From positions 13,271,129 to 13,335,128 of the forward strand of contig CM082576.2 in assembly GCA_040954595.2 (NCBI GenBank): DNA of 64,000 nucleotides, given 5' to 3'. A program made the position numbers and the translations under genes. The stretch comes from Balanoglossus misakiensis. Taxonomy: Eukaryota; Animalia; Hemichordata. Numbering within the stretch: position 1 is the first letter of the stretch; every line of letters begins with the position of its first letter. This document shows positions 1 to 12,900 of this stretch, piece after piece. Under the pieces are notes generated by a model, which saw only the letters and a program-made list of their open reading frames with translations, did no database searches and was not told the DNA's origin.

Positions 1-160
1 TGAAGTGCAATCTTCTTGAGAAACAAATCAAGCGATGTGTGCGAGAAAAACTATACTGTATACAAACATGCTAAAAAGAATATGTTCTTGAGCTTTGTGT
101 TTTTTCTTGAATTATACATGTGCTCAATTCCAAACTTACATTTTAGCTAGGTGTACTTAC

Positions 161-1289
161 TTTTCAATGCATTTCATAATTTCTGTAATCTCTCTCTGTA
201 AGCAAAACTTTTTGATTCTTCTCAAACTGTGTTCAAACTGAAACGAAAAAATGATACATTATTAGTATGAGGCGATCACAAAATATATGACAAGTTGCAC
301 ACAAACACTGTATTGACCAACGTGTAAAGGACATGATGCATGGCATGTCAGAGTACAGACTTCACTGTATATTCATAATAACCTTATTATACAGCTGATA
401 TCTTTATTGTGGTTTCTGTGCACAAAGTTATCATGCTGATTTCAGAGGCCAGTATGCTCTAGGCCGACTAGATGTTTCTTACCCAAATACTTGATTATCA
501 CACTCTGTAATTGATTATTCAAGGGTATGCCAATTACATCATCTCTATGTCCCAAACCTTCCATAATATCTAATTTCAAAGTTCAACATGCAAGGCTAGA
601 GATGCCTGACATCACAAGGAGCTTCAGACTCACCCTTTTTAAGTACTGCATTGATTTCTTGTGGCGCCACTGATTGTTGAGTTTATACACCATACGTGTA
701 TATGTGAAATGCTCCGCCTCTAGCCCCCCACTGTTCAAATACTGAACTGCAGACTGTAGCTGCTTCGTCCACTTGTCAGGCTCACCTGTTGAGAAGATAT
801 ATTCAGGACATAGGAAATAACTCTGGTACGGCTGTGATATGGACCATATTAAATTTTTTCAGTGTTATGCTTATCCATAGACCTAGAGCGAATGATTTGT
901 CCAGGTAGAACATGGCATTTCTGCGTGGCGTGACTGCAGGGGCTGTGTGTTGTTAAACGGCTGGTAGTGCCCCCCCCCCCCCCCCTCACCACAGGCTGTG
1001 GTGGAGGCCGTGTAACGCCGGGAACACACAGACCTGTACGCAGAGCTAACATGTGGGCTACCACAACAACGTTTGTAGGCCTACATTGCCTATGGCAATA
1101 ATATCGAGTCGGAAATCATTGCAGAGGTCACGTAAATGCAATCGACAACCTCAAAACATACTGCTAATGAGTTAAGATGGATGTCGAATACGTTGTCGAG
1201 TACAAACCTTGGCTGAAATCTGCTCCCCGGTGTCCGAAAGTGATCGTGACTGGGCGACCAAGCTCTTCCAGCTTCGTCCACGCCGCCAT
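161..1289 (-). CDS. NEPRO: NEPRO/RMP64 (nucleolus and neural progenitor protein), 5' part; gene continues beyond window start
   Basis: Exons 1289-1208, 785-634 and 237-161 with GT-AG sites and matching phases. Translation: MAAWTKLEELGRPVTITFGHRGADFSQ-GEPDKWTKQLQSAVQYLNSGGLEAEHFTYTRMVYKLNNQWRHKKSMQYLKR-FEHSLRRIKKFCLQREITEIMKCIE. This resembles the recalled NEPRO N-terminus ([39 protein letters not shown]). Not in the ORF track. Confidence 0.75.
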
Positions 1290-1536
1290 TTTCCCCAACC
1301 CAGTGAATAGTGCGCCGCCACCGGCGAGAAGATAAAACCGTTCATGAACGTCAACTTTTTGGGAGCTCTCTCTCTCATTTTATTTTCAAAACAAAAAAAT
1401 ATCCCCGCAAGACTTCTCCGTGGTGTGTTGTCTGGGATATTACATGTATTTGGAAAACGTAACGTGAATGTGCAAGTGCAGTTTGACTGCAGTAGAGGCG
1501 TATAGCCAATCCATCACTTGAAGCACGAGTTTCACT

Positions 1537-4411
1537 TTACGACGTCGACGTCATTTGATGGTTTGCAAAATGCACAATCAGCATGAATATAAACCAATGT
1601 GTTAGCTTGGTATCTCCTGCTGAACTGACAGCGCGGTCTATCATATCGCTGACATTGTCCAGTGAACCATTGTTCGGGGCGGGCTTTATTCCCAGGATCT
1701 CACACATCAGTGGATATATGTCTACCTGTTCAGGGAAAGAATCAGGGAAAAATATAAACAATCATTTTGGCAATTCTGGTTCTACCTTATCAAGCAACAT
1801 CATTTAATACAGCAAGGAAGCGCTAGCCGATTGTGGGTATAATCTTCGGATGAAAACACACCTACGAATATCGATGGATTGCGCTTGCGTGGATGCAGCA
1901 AAATGGGTAATCGGTCGTTTGTTGGAATTTTAGTTTGAATTATGGCCCCTACTGCCCGAATGAAAGGCGGGTTTCGCATACTAAGCTGAGGCTTAGCGCT
2001 TCTCACTCATATGAACTTAACAATGACAGAAAGTTAAAGTCGTTAGATCTTTTGGCAAAGTTATTAATACGTCTTAATAATATGTATCTTACTGAATTGA
2101 AAGGCTTGGACTCATAATTCGTTTTAAAACTCGGTCCATGTGCGTAAAACATCGTCCGCATTTCTTGATTTTGGTAGTCATAGCCATGCTCAGATCGCTT
2201 AAAGGAAAAATTCGCCTGAAAAATTATACAAAAAATTGTAAAACATTAAAAAATGATAAAAACATCAACGTTATTGACGATGATTTTTGGCGACAGGAGT
2301 TGGGCCGAATTCCAAGCCTTTTACCAGTTTCCTTGACATAATGTTGAGATGGGTTCAATACTTACGGTGAGCAGTTGAAATGGCGGATCCACAATCACCA
2401 CAAGTGGCAGAATTCGTTCGTTGTCGGAGTAATGCAGGTGTTCTGGGACGTCTTCTTTCTTATAGACATGCAAATTGGGATGGGCGCCTTCTAGCCTGAT
2501 ACACCTGAAGTGAAAGACAGCACATTTAATAATTATATAGCATGATACACGAAGGCCAATTCTCTGTATGGACGATGTTGTTAGGTGCGCCTGTCAATCA
2601 ACATAGCAAGGGAGAAATAGTTACCTTCGTACAGCGTCCACGTGTTTTAATGACAAAAGTGCCATCATTTTACCCAATTTCGTTTATTGCTGTTTCAGGG
2701 AACGTAACTTTAATAGTTCATAATACTGATTCAGGTTATTTCGTCGAGCATATTGTTTATATGTATGACACAATATCGGTACGTAACACTGATGACTGAG
2801 ATGGTGCGATAGTTTTAAGCCTATTCAGCAAACCAATGTATGCTACCAACTTGATGTTCAAGCGTCTCGCAAAACTTTCAAACTTTGGCCCTTTAATATT
2901 CAAGGGGTATTTCTGTGTTGACAAATTCTTTTCCTAGCCTGCATGAGTAGAACATGTACACAGTCCATTTTAACGACCGATATGGACACACACCTGTTCC
3001 AGTTTCCCGTCTTTCGGCAATAACTGTGTGAACGCTGCGTCGCTGAACAGATAAAAGTCCAGATCATCCTCGCTGATGTAGTCAAACAGTCGAATCTCAC
3101 CGTCAACTAGCACGTGACCATGGTCGGCAGTGTACAAGACGTTGACCTTGTCAAAGAGGTCGTGTTCTTCCAACTTCTGGTGGAGGTAACCGATGTCGTC
3201 GTTAATGTTGGCCAAGATCCTGCCGGCGACGTTGGAGTCCCCGGCCGGCGCCGGTTGCCCGGTGACGTGCATGCTGTCATCCAGATGGTTATAATACAGG
3301 AAGATAATGTCGATGTCGTCATCGACAATCCATCCAATCACAGTGTCTATTCTCTCGTCAAGAAATGTCGGGTACAGACGCAAGGTGCTGTAGACGACTT
3401 TATCCGGCAGGACGGCCTTGATGGGCACTGACCCGCCGGGGTAAGCGTAGCTGCCTGCCGTCAAACCCTGCAGCTTGCCGGTCACCCAGACTGGCTCAGC
3501 GCCCGTGTCCCACCATTCCGTGATGTTCTGAGTTTCAAAGAAATCGTACGTCTCGCCCGTCTCGGCATCGTAATATGTGTTGTGTACCACGCCGTGGCTC
3601 TCAGCATACAGGCCTGGACAACAAATATACGTACGATATTGTCATTTCGGAATATGGACGTTGTCACTTCATGAAAATTTTACCGGTGTAATTCGTACTC
3701 TCTTGCACCACATTAAAACATAAAAATAGATTGTATTTCGGGTAAGCAAAATGCTAAACAATACATCTACAGAATTATTTCCGTGAAAATTTCCAAGGTA
3801 TTTATAAGCACAAATTACTGGCTCACAAGTAAAAATAATTAATACACGTATGCAAATTATGTTATCCGAAAATCTAATCGTATATATGGTATTGAATTAC
3901 CTGTTGCTATGCTGTACATACTTGGTGACGACATAGTAGGGAATACAGGTATGGAATAATTGGCTCGAACACCTCTTTCGGCTATGTCTTCAAAACTGGA
4001 CAATTGGTTACCATAGAGATCGTAGCGAAACCCATCGAGAAGCACCAGTAGCAGTTTACTGACTCCTTGAGTCGCCTACAGACAACAGAGAGAGAAAAAA
4101 GAATGGTCGTGCATCCATTCTCGCGAAAAGATTGACGCTGCGAAGAATATATTACTGCACAGACAAAGAGAAAAAACAGACTGTTTTTCTCTTTGTCTGT
4201 GATTACTGTAACAATTACGATTCCTACCATCACAAACCAGTCTTTCTATAATCCTAGGCAACGTGACAATTTCACAGCCCAGAACCCCGAGTATTCTTTC
4301 CGGGAATGATCATGTGTCTTTCAAAACTCATAAAAAGATGAGAAAACTCACCTGCGGTCGTGCGAGGACACAGGTTGGTAGAACAAGTTGTAACCAAAAC
4401 ACCACCCTCAT
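1537..4411 (-). CDS. Ectonucleotide pyrophosphatase/phosphodiesterase (ENPP4-7-like), secreted or membrane-anchored; apparent frameshift in exon 4
   Basis: Six exons: 4411-4352 (signal peptide MRVVFWLQLVLPTCVLARPQ), 4075-3901 (LLVLLDGFRYD, FPTMSSPSMYSIATG), 3613-2994 (LYAESHGVVHN, WW..AEPVWVT, LDDSMH, TADHGH), 2504-2366 (AHPNLHVYKKEDVPEHLHY), 2215-2093 (EHGYD...MFYAHGPSFK) and 1725-1537 (VDIYPLMCEILGIKPAPNNGS plus a hydrophobic tail). The NPP-family metal ligands are present. Confidence 0.9.
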
Positions 4412-5608
4412 CGTGACTACTGCAATGACAGAGAAATGTGTGTATGAAAGTTACTGATCGAAGTCGCTGTAATTTTTCTAAAAATGTCAAGGATAAAGTG
4501 TGAAATTAGCGTGTTTTTACGGGATTCCAAAATCATATGACTCAACGACTACTTTCCCCCCGCGAAAAGACTGTACATTTAATCGTTGTCCAATGCAACC
4601 GTGATTACCACCAAGCTTTGAGACAACCATAGACACCACTGACATCATCGCCACACCACCACCATTGTCGTCGTCATCGCCGACTCCGACCAATTATCTC
4701 GACACGCCCTCAGACTGCATGGGCCCACACGATGGAAAACGCGCGTGGTCACAAGTTCTTTACCACGGCAGATGGTTCAAAACGCTTTGGTAATTCAAGA
4801 TAAATGCTTGGCACCCTTTCATTTATACTGCGACAAAATTCTTCGTTTTAGTGTACTGCGTTCAGTGCTGACGGTAGTTCATTATCTGACATTTATATCT
4901 AGTAGTATATCTGACATTATTTCAGTCATTGTGACCCTTACGCACATGCAAACCAACAACAACTGTGCAAAATAATTTACGCTTCTATCCGACCACATCC
5001 CACAAAACCGATTCCAATTTTGTTATCTGAATTGCGTTCTATTGGTAGATTTTTTTCAAATAGGCTATAGCAAAAAAAAACATCTTCTTTTCACCAACCA
5101 TATAGCGGATAAATGTGCCCAAACCTTGCCAAAGGTTATCACATTGACATGAAAAGAATTTAATTAATACAGTATTAAAAGATATCGGCAACTTGTTGAC
5201 AAATCGCGTTTATACCAAAACAAGCCCTCTAAATCTGTTTTCGCGGCCAGCAGTACGACAGACCACACATCCTCGGACAATTTTTATACCATAGACCCTC
5301 GTATACCAAGTACATGTAGTCCTCCTGGACACTTCCTATCAAAATCAATATTAGGATCCATGGAACGTACTCATGGTACAGATGATTCACGCTGTATTCT
5401 GTTGACATCAAGCTGAACTAGCGCGATAATCGCTGTCAGTGGATCCCTACATTTGATAATTGAATGCAAATAAGAACACACTTACCGATTTCCTTTATGA
5501 ACAAATACTTCTTTGATCCTTCGTTTTGGCCAATTCCCATCAAGCCGGAGAAACGCGACTGTTGTTTAGGGGTGGGTGTTTTTGGTTGTCCAAATTCTGT
5601 GACATGCC

Positions 5609-6034
5609 TAGTCTCGGTTACCCAGAGCCCTCTGCTTCTTCCGTTAGGCACTCCAGAAAGAGGGTCTGGGGAAACCCGGTAGACAAACCGTCAGGCGGAA
5701 TCGGGACAGCTGCGATGCATGACGGGAGATTAATATTCGATACGATATTATGATATGTCGATATTAGAAAACTATTTACCGAACTTCTCTCTCTCTTTTC
5801 AATTTGTATACAGTTTTAGCAGGTCTAGCACTTCTCAGCATGTTTTCTTTATCGTATGTCATACATGTCGGCCGTGGGTTCGCGCGCAGGACGTCGCCAT
5901 TTTGGAATATTAATCTCCCGTCATGCATCGCAGCTGTCCCGATTCCGCCTGACGGTTTGTCTACCGGGTTTCCCCAGACCCTCTTTCTGGAGTGCCTAAC
6001 GGAAGAAGCAGAGGGCTCTGGGTAACCGAGACTA
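5609..6034. mobile_element. MITE / non-autonomous DNA transposon with 130-bp TIRs and 9-bp TSD (Mutator-like TSD length)
   Basis: 5609-5738 is the reverse complement of 5905-6034 (TAGTCTCGGTTACCCAGAG...). Direct repeat TGACATGCC at 5600-5608 and 6035-6043. Confidence 0.9.
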
Positions 6035-6965
6035 TGACATGCCGTGCGTGTTACCACGATAATCATCAGGCTATGGCGGCAGCGCACTAAAACAATTTGT
6101 TACGAATTGATTGACTCTAATGAGGTTGTCAACAGGAACACCAAGGCATGTTGATTGGCCAATTTAGACGTTAAATAGTTGAATGTTCAGCACAGCCAAA
6201 GTGCACTTTTCTGTGATGATAGCTAGAAGGCTGAGATAGCCTTGTGAGAGCGATACCTGTCGTAACATGACATGTAAACCACACGAAACACTGTGGGGGG
6301 CATAATGTACCGGTTCTTCGGATGGGCACTCGAACGCACAGATATGTGTATATGTGGAGCCTAGCGAAAAACAAAAATTCAAACATGCGAGTCTGGATTC
6401 AGGACTAAATCTTTATACTCGTGCGGACAAAATGTTGGTCATCTTCATTCAGTAAAGCTCGTCACTCGCAGATAACATCGCTACATACTGTAAATAGCAC
6501 GATGCAACATGTAAGGTTATACGTCAATTAATGCTGTATGGAAAATTTCGGTGAAAGTTTGAAGTGCGATATTGATTTGTGTAAAATGTCACTGTAGTTC
6601 TTTTGAGTATTGTTGGTGGGAGAATATAGTTATATATATTACGTGACAGCTATACTGGACTTGATACAAACGTTGCACGGTCCAAATTTTAAGAGGAGCT
6701 CGTCATCTTGGAACACAATTTAGATTTTCCGATTATTAATTTACCGGACATACGTGAATTTTGCTGTATTTATAGATGTCTCGTATACAGAGGATAGATA
6801 AAAAACGAAATGCGCGGATAATGGGACCACACAGTTCCACCGAAAGTGTTGTGTTAGGTCATTGACCCTGGATATTTTTTTCAGTGTCTATGGGTAGGTT
6901 AAAGTTAACAATTTCTCATAATTCGCTGTATGCAATTTTGCAGGGTACACATGCATGTTTGTCGG

Positions 6966-9900
6966 CTATCTTTTCCCAGCTGCCCAGTCATAACTTTTCT
7001 TCACCATCTCGTCTAGGTCAGTTCGACCCACTTTTTGCAGTTGAGCTCCCAGTTCAGCAACCATCATCTTTACTTTGTCGCTACCCGTTCTGGGGTTCGC
7101 GTTCCTCCAGTGCACCAGCATTTCAAAGATTTGCGCCGCCAGGTTGTCTGGATTGGCGAACTTGAAGTGATCAAGCTGTGGCAACGGGACTTTCAGATGG
7201 CTTGCAAGTGGTACGTAATCTTCGCTCCTTATCTTTGACGCCAGTTTTGTCAGAGGCGCATCTGAAAGACAAACTTATGAAGAAAAAAAGAAACAAACCC
7301 TTTGAAATGGATTGACATCATTTTTCGCCCATTGCTGCGTGGAGAAAGTGATACATGCACATCCAGGCCATTAAAGGGACAAAGTCTCTCTCTCTCGCTG
7401 CCCTTTTTTCCATTAATTATATTTGATACAAGACACCGTTTGTTATTCTACATGTTGATATATAGTGAATGAACGTTCAACACACAACTTCCATCCCTCT
7501 CATAGACAGGAGAGTGAAAAAACTCGCCGAAATGAATAATCGTTCTTTACCATTTATTCATTTTGGGCGAGTTTTTACTCTCATATCATACAAGTGGGAT
7601 GGAAGTTTTGTGTGGTTGATCATTGATTCACTATATATCCACATTTACATTAGCATAAATGGCGTCTTGTATCAAACAAAATTAATGGAAAAGGGGCAGC
7701 TGGAGAGAGACTTTGTCCCTTTAACTAGCTGGCAGACCTACATTGAAAAATAAAACAGAAATTACCAATAAATAATATTTGGATAAAGTTGAAGAATGCA
7801 TTAGATGGCAGATGTCAATTATTTGGAAATTCTCAAAATGAGATGTGGCTCTTTTTTCTGTGATTAGCTGGATCTCAATTTTCCATGGTTACCGTTCTAA
7901 ATTTGCATAGGTAACTGAATGTCTTTCACATGATTAACATAATAGGAAGTAAATTATTATTTTAGTACGAAGAGCTATAGTAACATTGTCTGTTTTGATT
8001 GTTTAAACTCTGTACTTGTAATGCAGTGCATTAACCTTCAGTCAAAAAATGCGAATTCTTCGTGCAAACTAGCCAACGTCATACCTGTTTAATAACACCA
8101 TTTTCATACATTTTCAGGATTCCATTTTGAAATTTCACCGTTTGAGCGCAAAGTTCCGCAGTGAGCGAAGATTAAAGGACACGAAATGACTGTTGCAGCT
8201 AGAATGGTCACAAGATAGAAAATTTAGCTCAAGTTACCTTCGTATATTCTGACTGCTTCAGGCATGCGCCGAATTCTGTCGCTCTGGAACAGGATTAACG
8301 TGAAATAATGGCGATTTAATATATCCAGTGTTTGTCGCGGAGATTATGCAAGCATACCATGCACAAATACCGAACCAGACCACTATCCACAACCAACCAT
8401 AAACATCTACACTGGTAATCGAATCTGGCAGCATGGACTTGATAAAGAACATCATTGAATTTTTCCTCAACCCCTTGAGCTCACTACCGTTAAAAATTGT
8501 GCACGTGTAAATATTTACATTACGGCCACTCCATCCTCGGAATGAATGCCACCATCGCACGTGACTGAAGAAAATATATCATACACACCTCCTGTTGTTG
8601 CACTATCTTCTTGTAGTCTTCCAGGGTCATGCAGGATGATTCTCCCAGTACAGCTATTTCCACTTGTCTGCGATAAATAAGAATTGATTAAACACTTTGC
8701 AGTGGTGCGGTGCAAGTTTACTACAACTGTACAAATGTATTGACATTAATATGGAAATGGTACATGAGCATACAGCCAATCCTAGCGCGGCTTCACAAAT
8801 GATCACTTTTAGGACTGCAGCTTGTGGAGTTCCTGATTATTCGGAATCCACATGGACCTTCTGTTCAAATTTCCATTTTGTCATTCTCATTCACTTTAGG
8901 CCTACGACTTACCAATCTTTTCACATCACGATCATACGGGCCACTCTCTCGAGTCAAGTTCCTAACAAACGACCCCACAGCGCTGACAAATTCGTCATTT
9001 TTCTACTAGATTTATTGTCGAGTACGCATGCGTAAGAATTTATTACCTGTACAACTGACCGTTAACACTCAGTGCCATCGGTGCAGCCGACTTTTCAGAG
9101 TTACTGCTGTGTGCCGATAAATGCCACACGCCATTGTCGATTTTCTGAAGAACAATTACGTGATCCTTGAGCTTCCGTGTGGGGGTCTTGGCAATGGCGG
9201 ATGACGAAAAACGTCGGGGTCTTGGTGACGTCATCTTGATGTTGCTACGTTTCGTTGGACATTTAGAGAAGACGACACGATACAGCATCGGTCTTGTGGT
9301 TAACAGAATGTCAGGAACGTTCGTTTGGTTTGGGAAAAATTCCTGGGCGAGGAAAAAAATAATTAACACTGTTACCAGAGATTTTCTGCGTAATGCTCAT
9401 AGTATGAATAAATTGTATGTCTTTTCTATTTCTTCACAAATTCATATGTCCACCGTCACTTTTCGATTTTCCCCTACGAACGTTAGATCCTGGTAAATGA
9501 TTGGTTTACCACAATAATGATCTGAATTCAGTCTTCTCTAACCGCAGTTTTCACACGAAAATAAATGAAGTGATATTTTCATAGCAACCCGATCATTGTA
9601 TAACGACTAACGTTATGAAATTAATGCAACGTATATAGTGTTCTCACCTCGAAGGTAACCTGAGTCAAATCTGCTAGTATGTCTGGTTCAATTTCAATGA
9701 TAGTGTCCCCGCCACTCCCCGGTATGCGCAATGTCCCGCCTTTAGCTCCCATCAGTGAGACGTCTTTCTTCGCGCTGTGTACAGCTGCATATCGGGAGGC
9801 AGGAGGCAGATGTTCGAGTCGAATTTCCGCAAATGGCGATTCCTGGAAAATACGTAGGGAGTAAAAAGTTAAAGATTAAAACTGACATAAAATCGAGTAG

Positions 9901-12900
9901 TTACATACGAGAAAAATCAAACCAAGGTAAATTTTGTGCTTAAACTTTTAGTGGAGTATGGTTTACAATCTAAGACTTCCTGATTGATGGTATTCGCAAA
10001 AGTCGTTCAAAGTAAAAGTAAAACCATCTTCGTCAGTCATCTAAAATAATTGCTTTTAGCCTCCTTTTTCGACCGGTGTACGTGTAGGCTTGGTTATCTA
10101 TCACACAAAATATTATAATAAACACAAATATTCCTTTGTTATTGCTGTATTGTAACCCCAAACCCGTTCAACGGAACTTGAAAAGGGTCTTAGATCAATT
10201 AGGCAATACTTTGCCGAGAATCGACTTGACTTTTTTTCTGTAGTTAATTTCATCTCTATACAGATTAAACTTTCCAACGTACCCCATGTGTTTTATAATA
10301 TCGGATTTGAGCCAAACGTTTGGCATCCCACGTGCGCGTTAATTCACAATAGGTCTTGACGTTAACGTCACCTATGTCCATATTACAGTCGCCCAGCAGT
10401 CGAATTCCCAGAAAGGAACACGGAGTAAACGCCAAGTCCCCGTGTGCACCTCCTGCCACAGTCAATCGTATGACGTCACTTATCAGCTGTTCGCCCTCGG
10501 TTTCCGCAGACGCTCTGACCATTTCTATTTCTTCGTGCGAGGCTTCGATTTTGTCACCTGTCGTCTCATAGTCTTGCTTCGTTAGATTAAGCACACACAG
10601 TGGTTTGCTGTAATCCGGTGGTAAACTATACGAAATATAAGCAAACAAAGCACATTGTTGACTGATATTAGATGTATATACTAGTATACCAATCTTCAAT
10701 TTGAAAGATTTGCAAGCAAAGGTTGTTTTTTTTCTTTGACAATCCCAAGATTTAGTGATAAGTGCTACAAACAAGGAATCACATATGCCAAGTGGGTTCT
10801 CCAGATCAAACCACATGAAGGATTTTTATTACCTTATCAATGGCCAACTATGTCTGTCAGCTTGCTGGAGACTTTTGAGGACTCTTGCGGCTTCCTGGTG
10901 CATCTTAACAACGTCGCCGAAACTTTCTCTCAACTTGTCAATGTCTTCATCTTCGACAAACGCGAATGCGTCATCTGTTATCGTTTTAATGCGTTCTGAT
11001 TGGCAATGGAAGTCATCTAAGACTTTTTTGATTCTCGTTACGTCACTTCCTGCTTTACGTGCCACTTCTTCCTGTTCGAAGCACCGACCTTTGCCGAGTT
11101 GTCGCTGTATTGTCTTGAGGATTCTTTTTAGGGCTTCTTCCTTGTTTTCCGCTGCGGATATCACGTCTAGTCCTGTCCTCCTGTTGGGGTCAGACGAAAT
11201 GAAAGACTTCAGTCGACCTTCAATTCTGTCGATGGTACGCTCTGCGTCTTGCGTTTTCGTGGACGCTGCATTCGTTGCAACTTTCAGATTTTCACAGATG
11301 ATGGGGACATCTTCACTTCTCGCCATCGACTTAGCACTTTGTTTCAAAATGTCCACGTTTTCAACAGCTTTGGATATCTCAGCGATCAGTCCCGCCAAGT
11401 TATTCTTCATCTGCAGAAGTGTCTCGATATTTTCGGCTGTCATCATTTTCTCGTTGTACCGACCCCGGTTCGTCCAAGCTGTTTCGATATGTTCGTTTAA
11501 TTTCTTGACTCTCTGACCCACGCCGCGAGCTTTTTCATTTGCCTCGCCCGCCTTTATTAACTGACCTTTCAGTATTGACTCGCCTCGGCTTACACGGCCG
11601 TTTTTCAGTCGGTCGACGCATGACTGCATACACTGTGTTTTCGCCAACAGATTATCCAGGATCGCTTTGTCCTCCTTCATCCTGTCCCGCAGGTATCTCA
11701 GCTTCCTTCTGAAAACCATGTCTTGTAAAGGGGACTCGCTTTCACAGAGTCTTTTAGCTTCAGACAGTTTCGCCCCTAATTCCGCCGAGTAGGACTGCGC
11801 AGATTCGATGGCTGAATTGGTTTCGCGGTAATGCTCTTCCCCGTCTTCGAACAACGCTTTGAAGTGTTCGAAGTCATGCTGCTGATCGCTTCGGAACGTT
11901 TCGGCGGCGCTTTCAGCAATGTCGATCTTTGAGGCCAAGTGTTCCCGGATCCCCTCGCCCTTCTGGATGAGCTCTGCCGAAACGTCCCCCAGGCTGCGGC
12001 TGTCCGTTTGCAAGAGTAGAATTTTAGTCAAACGCGCTGCTGTGCTCTGCATCTCACAGGCTGAGTGGCTTACCTTTGCAGCCGTGAAGAATGCGTCGTG
12101 CATCAATTTCGATAACATCTCTACATTACTGCGGAGTTTATCGAACAGGGGCTGTTTATCAACGATTCTCTTTTTACGTTGAGTAACTCTTTGAGTGCGT
12201 GTTGTCCTTTCTGCAAAGAAAAACATCAGTCAGTCAGACTAAATAGATATATCAGGTAAGGGACCGTTCAGTTTTTACGGCAGGGGGGGGGGGGGCTGGC
12301 AAGTTTGTGTCATCGGTTCTCAAAATCAGGCCGACCCCCCCTTCACCCAGGACCAAAAAATGATGACCCCCCCTTTGACAGACCCAAAAATATGATGACC
12401 CCCCCCACACGCCCAAAACATTCGCCGTCCTATGTACACTGTATGCAATAAAGGGAATGAGGCTCCTCACACCTCAATTATATATTTCTTAAAGTATTAT
12501 TGAAGTATATAATAGTATATCGTTGCAATAAAGAAATCTATGACCAAATTAAAATGACAAGTCAATACAATAGTTGCTAGAATCGGTAAAACAAGAAAAG
12601 TGACGGGGGTGGGTGTGGAAAATACGGTGCTCAAAGTTGCAATTTAATGAACTCAACAGCAAATTAACTCAATGTTAGGGAGAACAAATTTTAATTTTGC
12701 CACTCCACTCAACATAAGCATCGGGGGTGGGGTGGCAAGAAGTCTTCCCTGTTACACTAGACAAACCAGTGAATAAATGCAATGTGGCCAAGAATGGAGG
12801 GGGTGGGTGTGGGAGGGGGTGTCCCCCTCCCATATAAGAAAATTTTGTAAAATATGTAGCGCAAAGTTGCATTTTAATGAACTCAAAAGCAAATTATCTC

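Noticed and set aside
786-881. Candidate NEPRO exon ending at CAG|GTGAG (786)
   Set aside because: Stops in all three frames; that AG is the acceptor for exon 785-634.
5436-6087. Cluster of ORFs sharing SLGYPEPSASSVRHSRKRVWG
   Set aside because: The same peptide is read from the two MITE TIRs; not a gene.
8258-8560. 100-aa minus-strand ORF with a hydrophobic stretch
   Set aside because: Mostly intronic in the phase-consistent death-domain gene model; the predicted 46-nt exon uses a different frame.
10755-11516. 253-aa plus-strand ORF
   Set aside because: Antisense shadow of the coiled-coil exon 12210-10833; no independent motifs.
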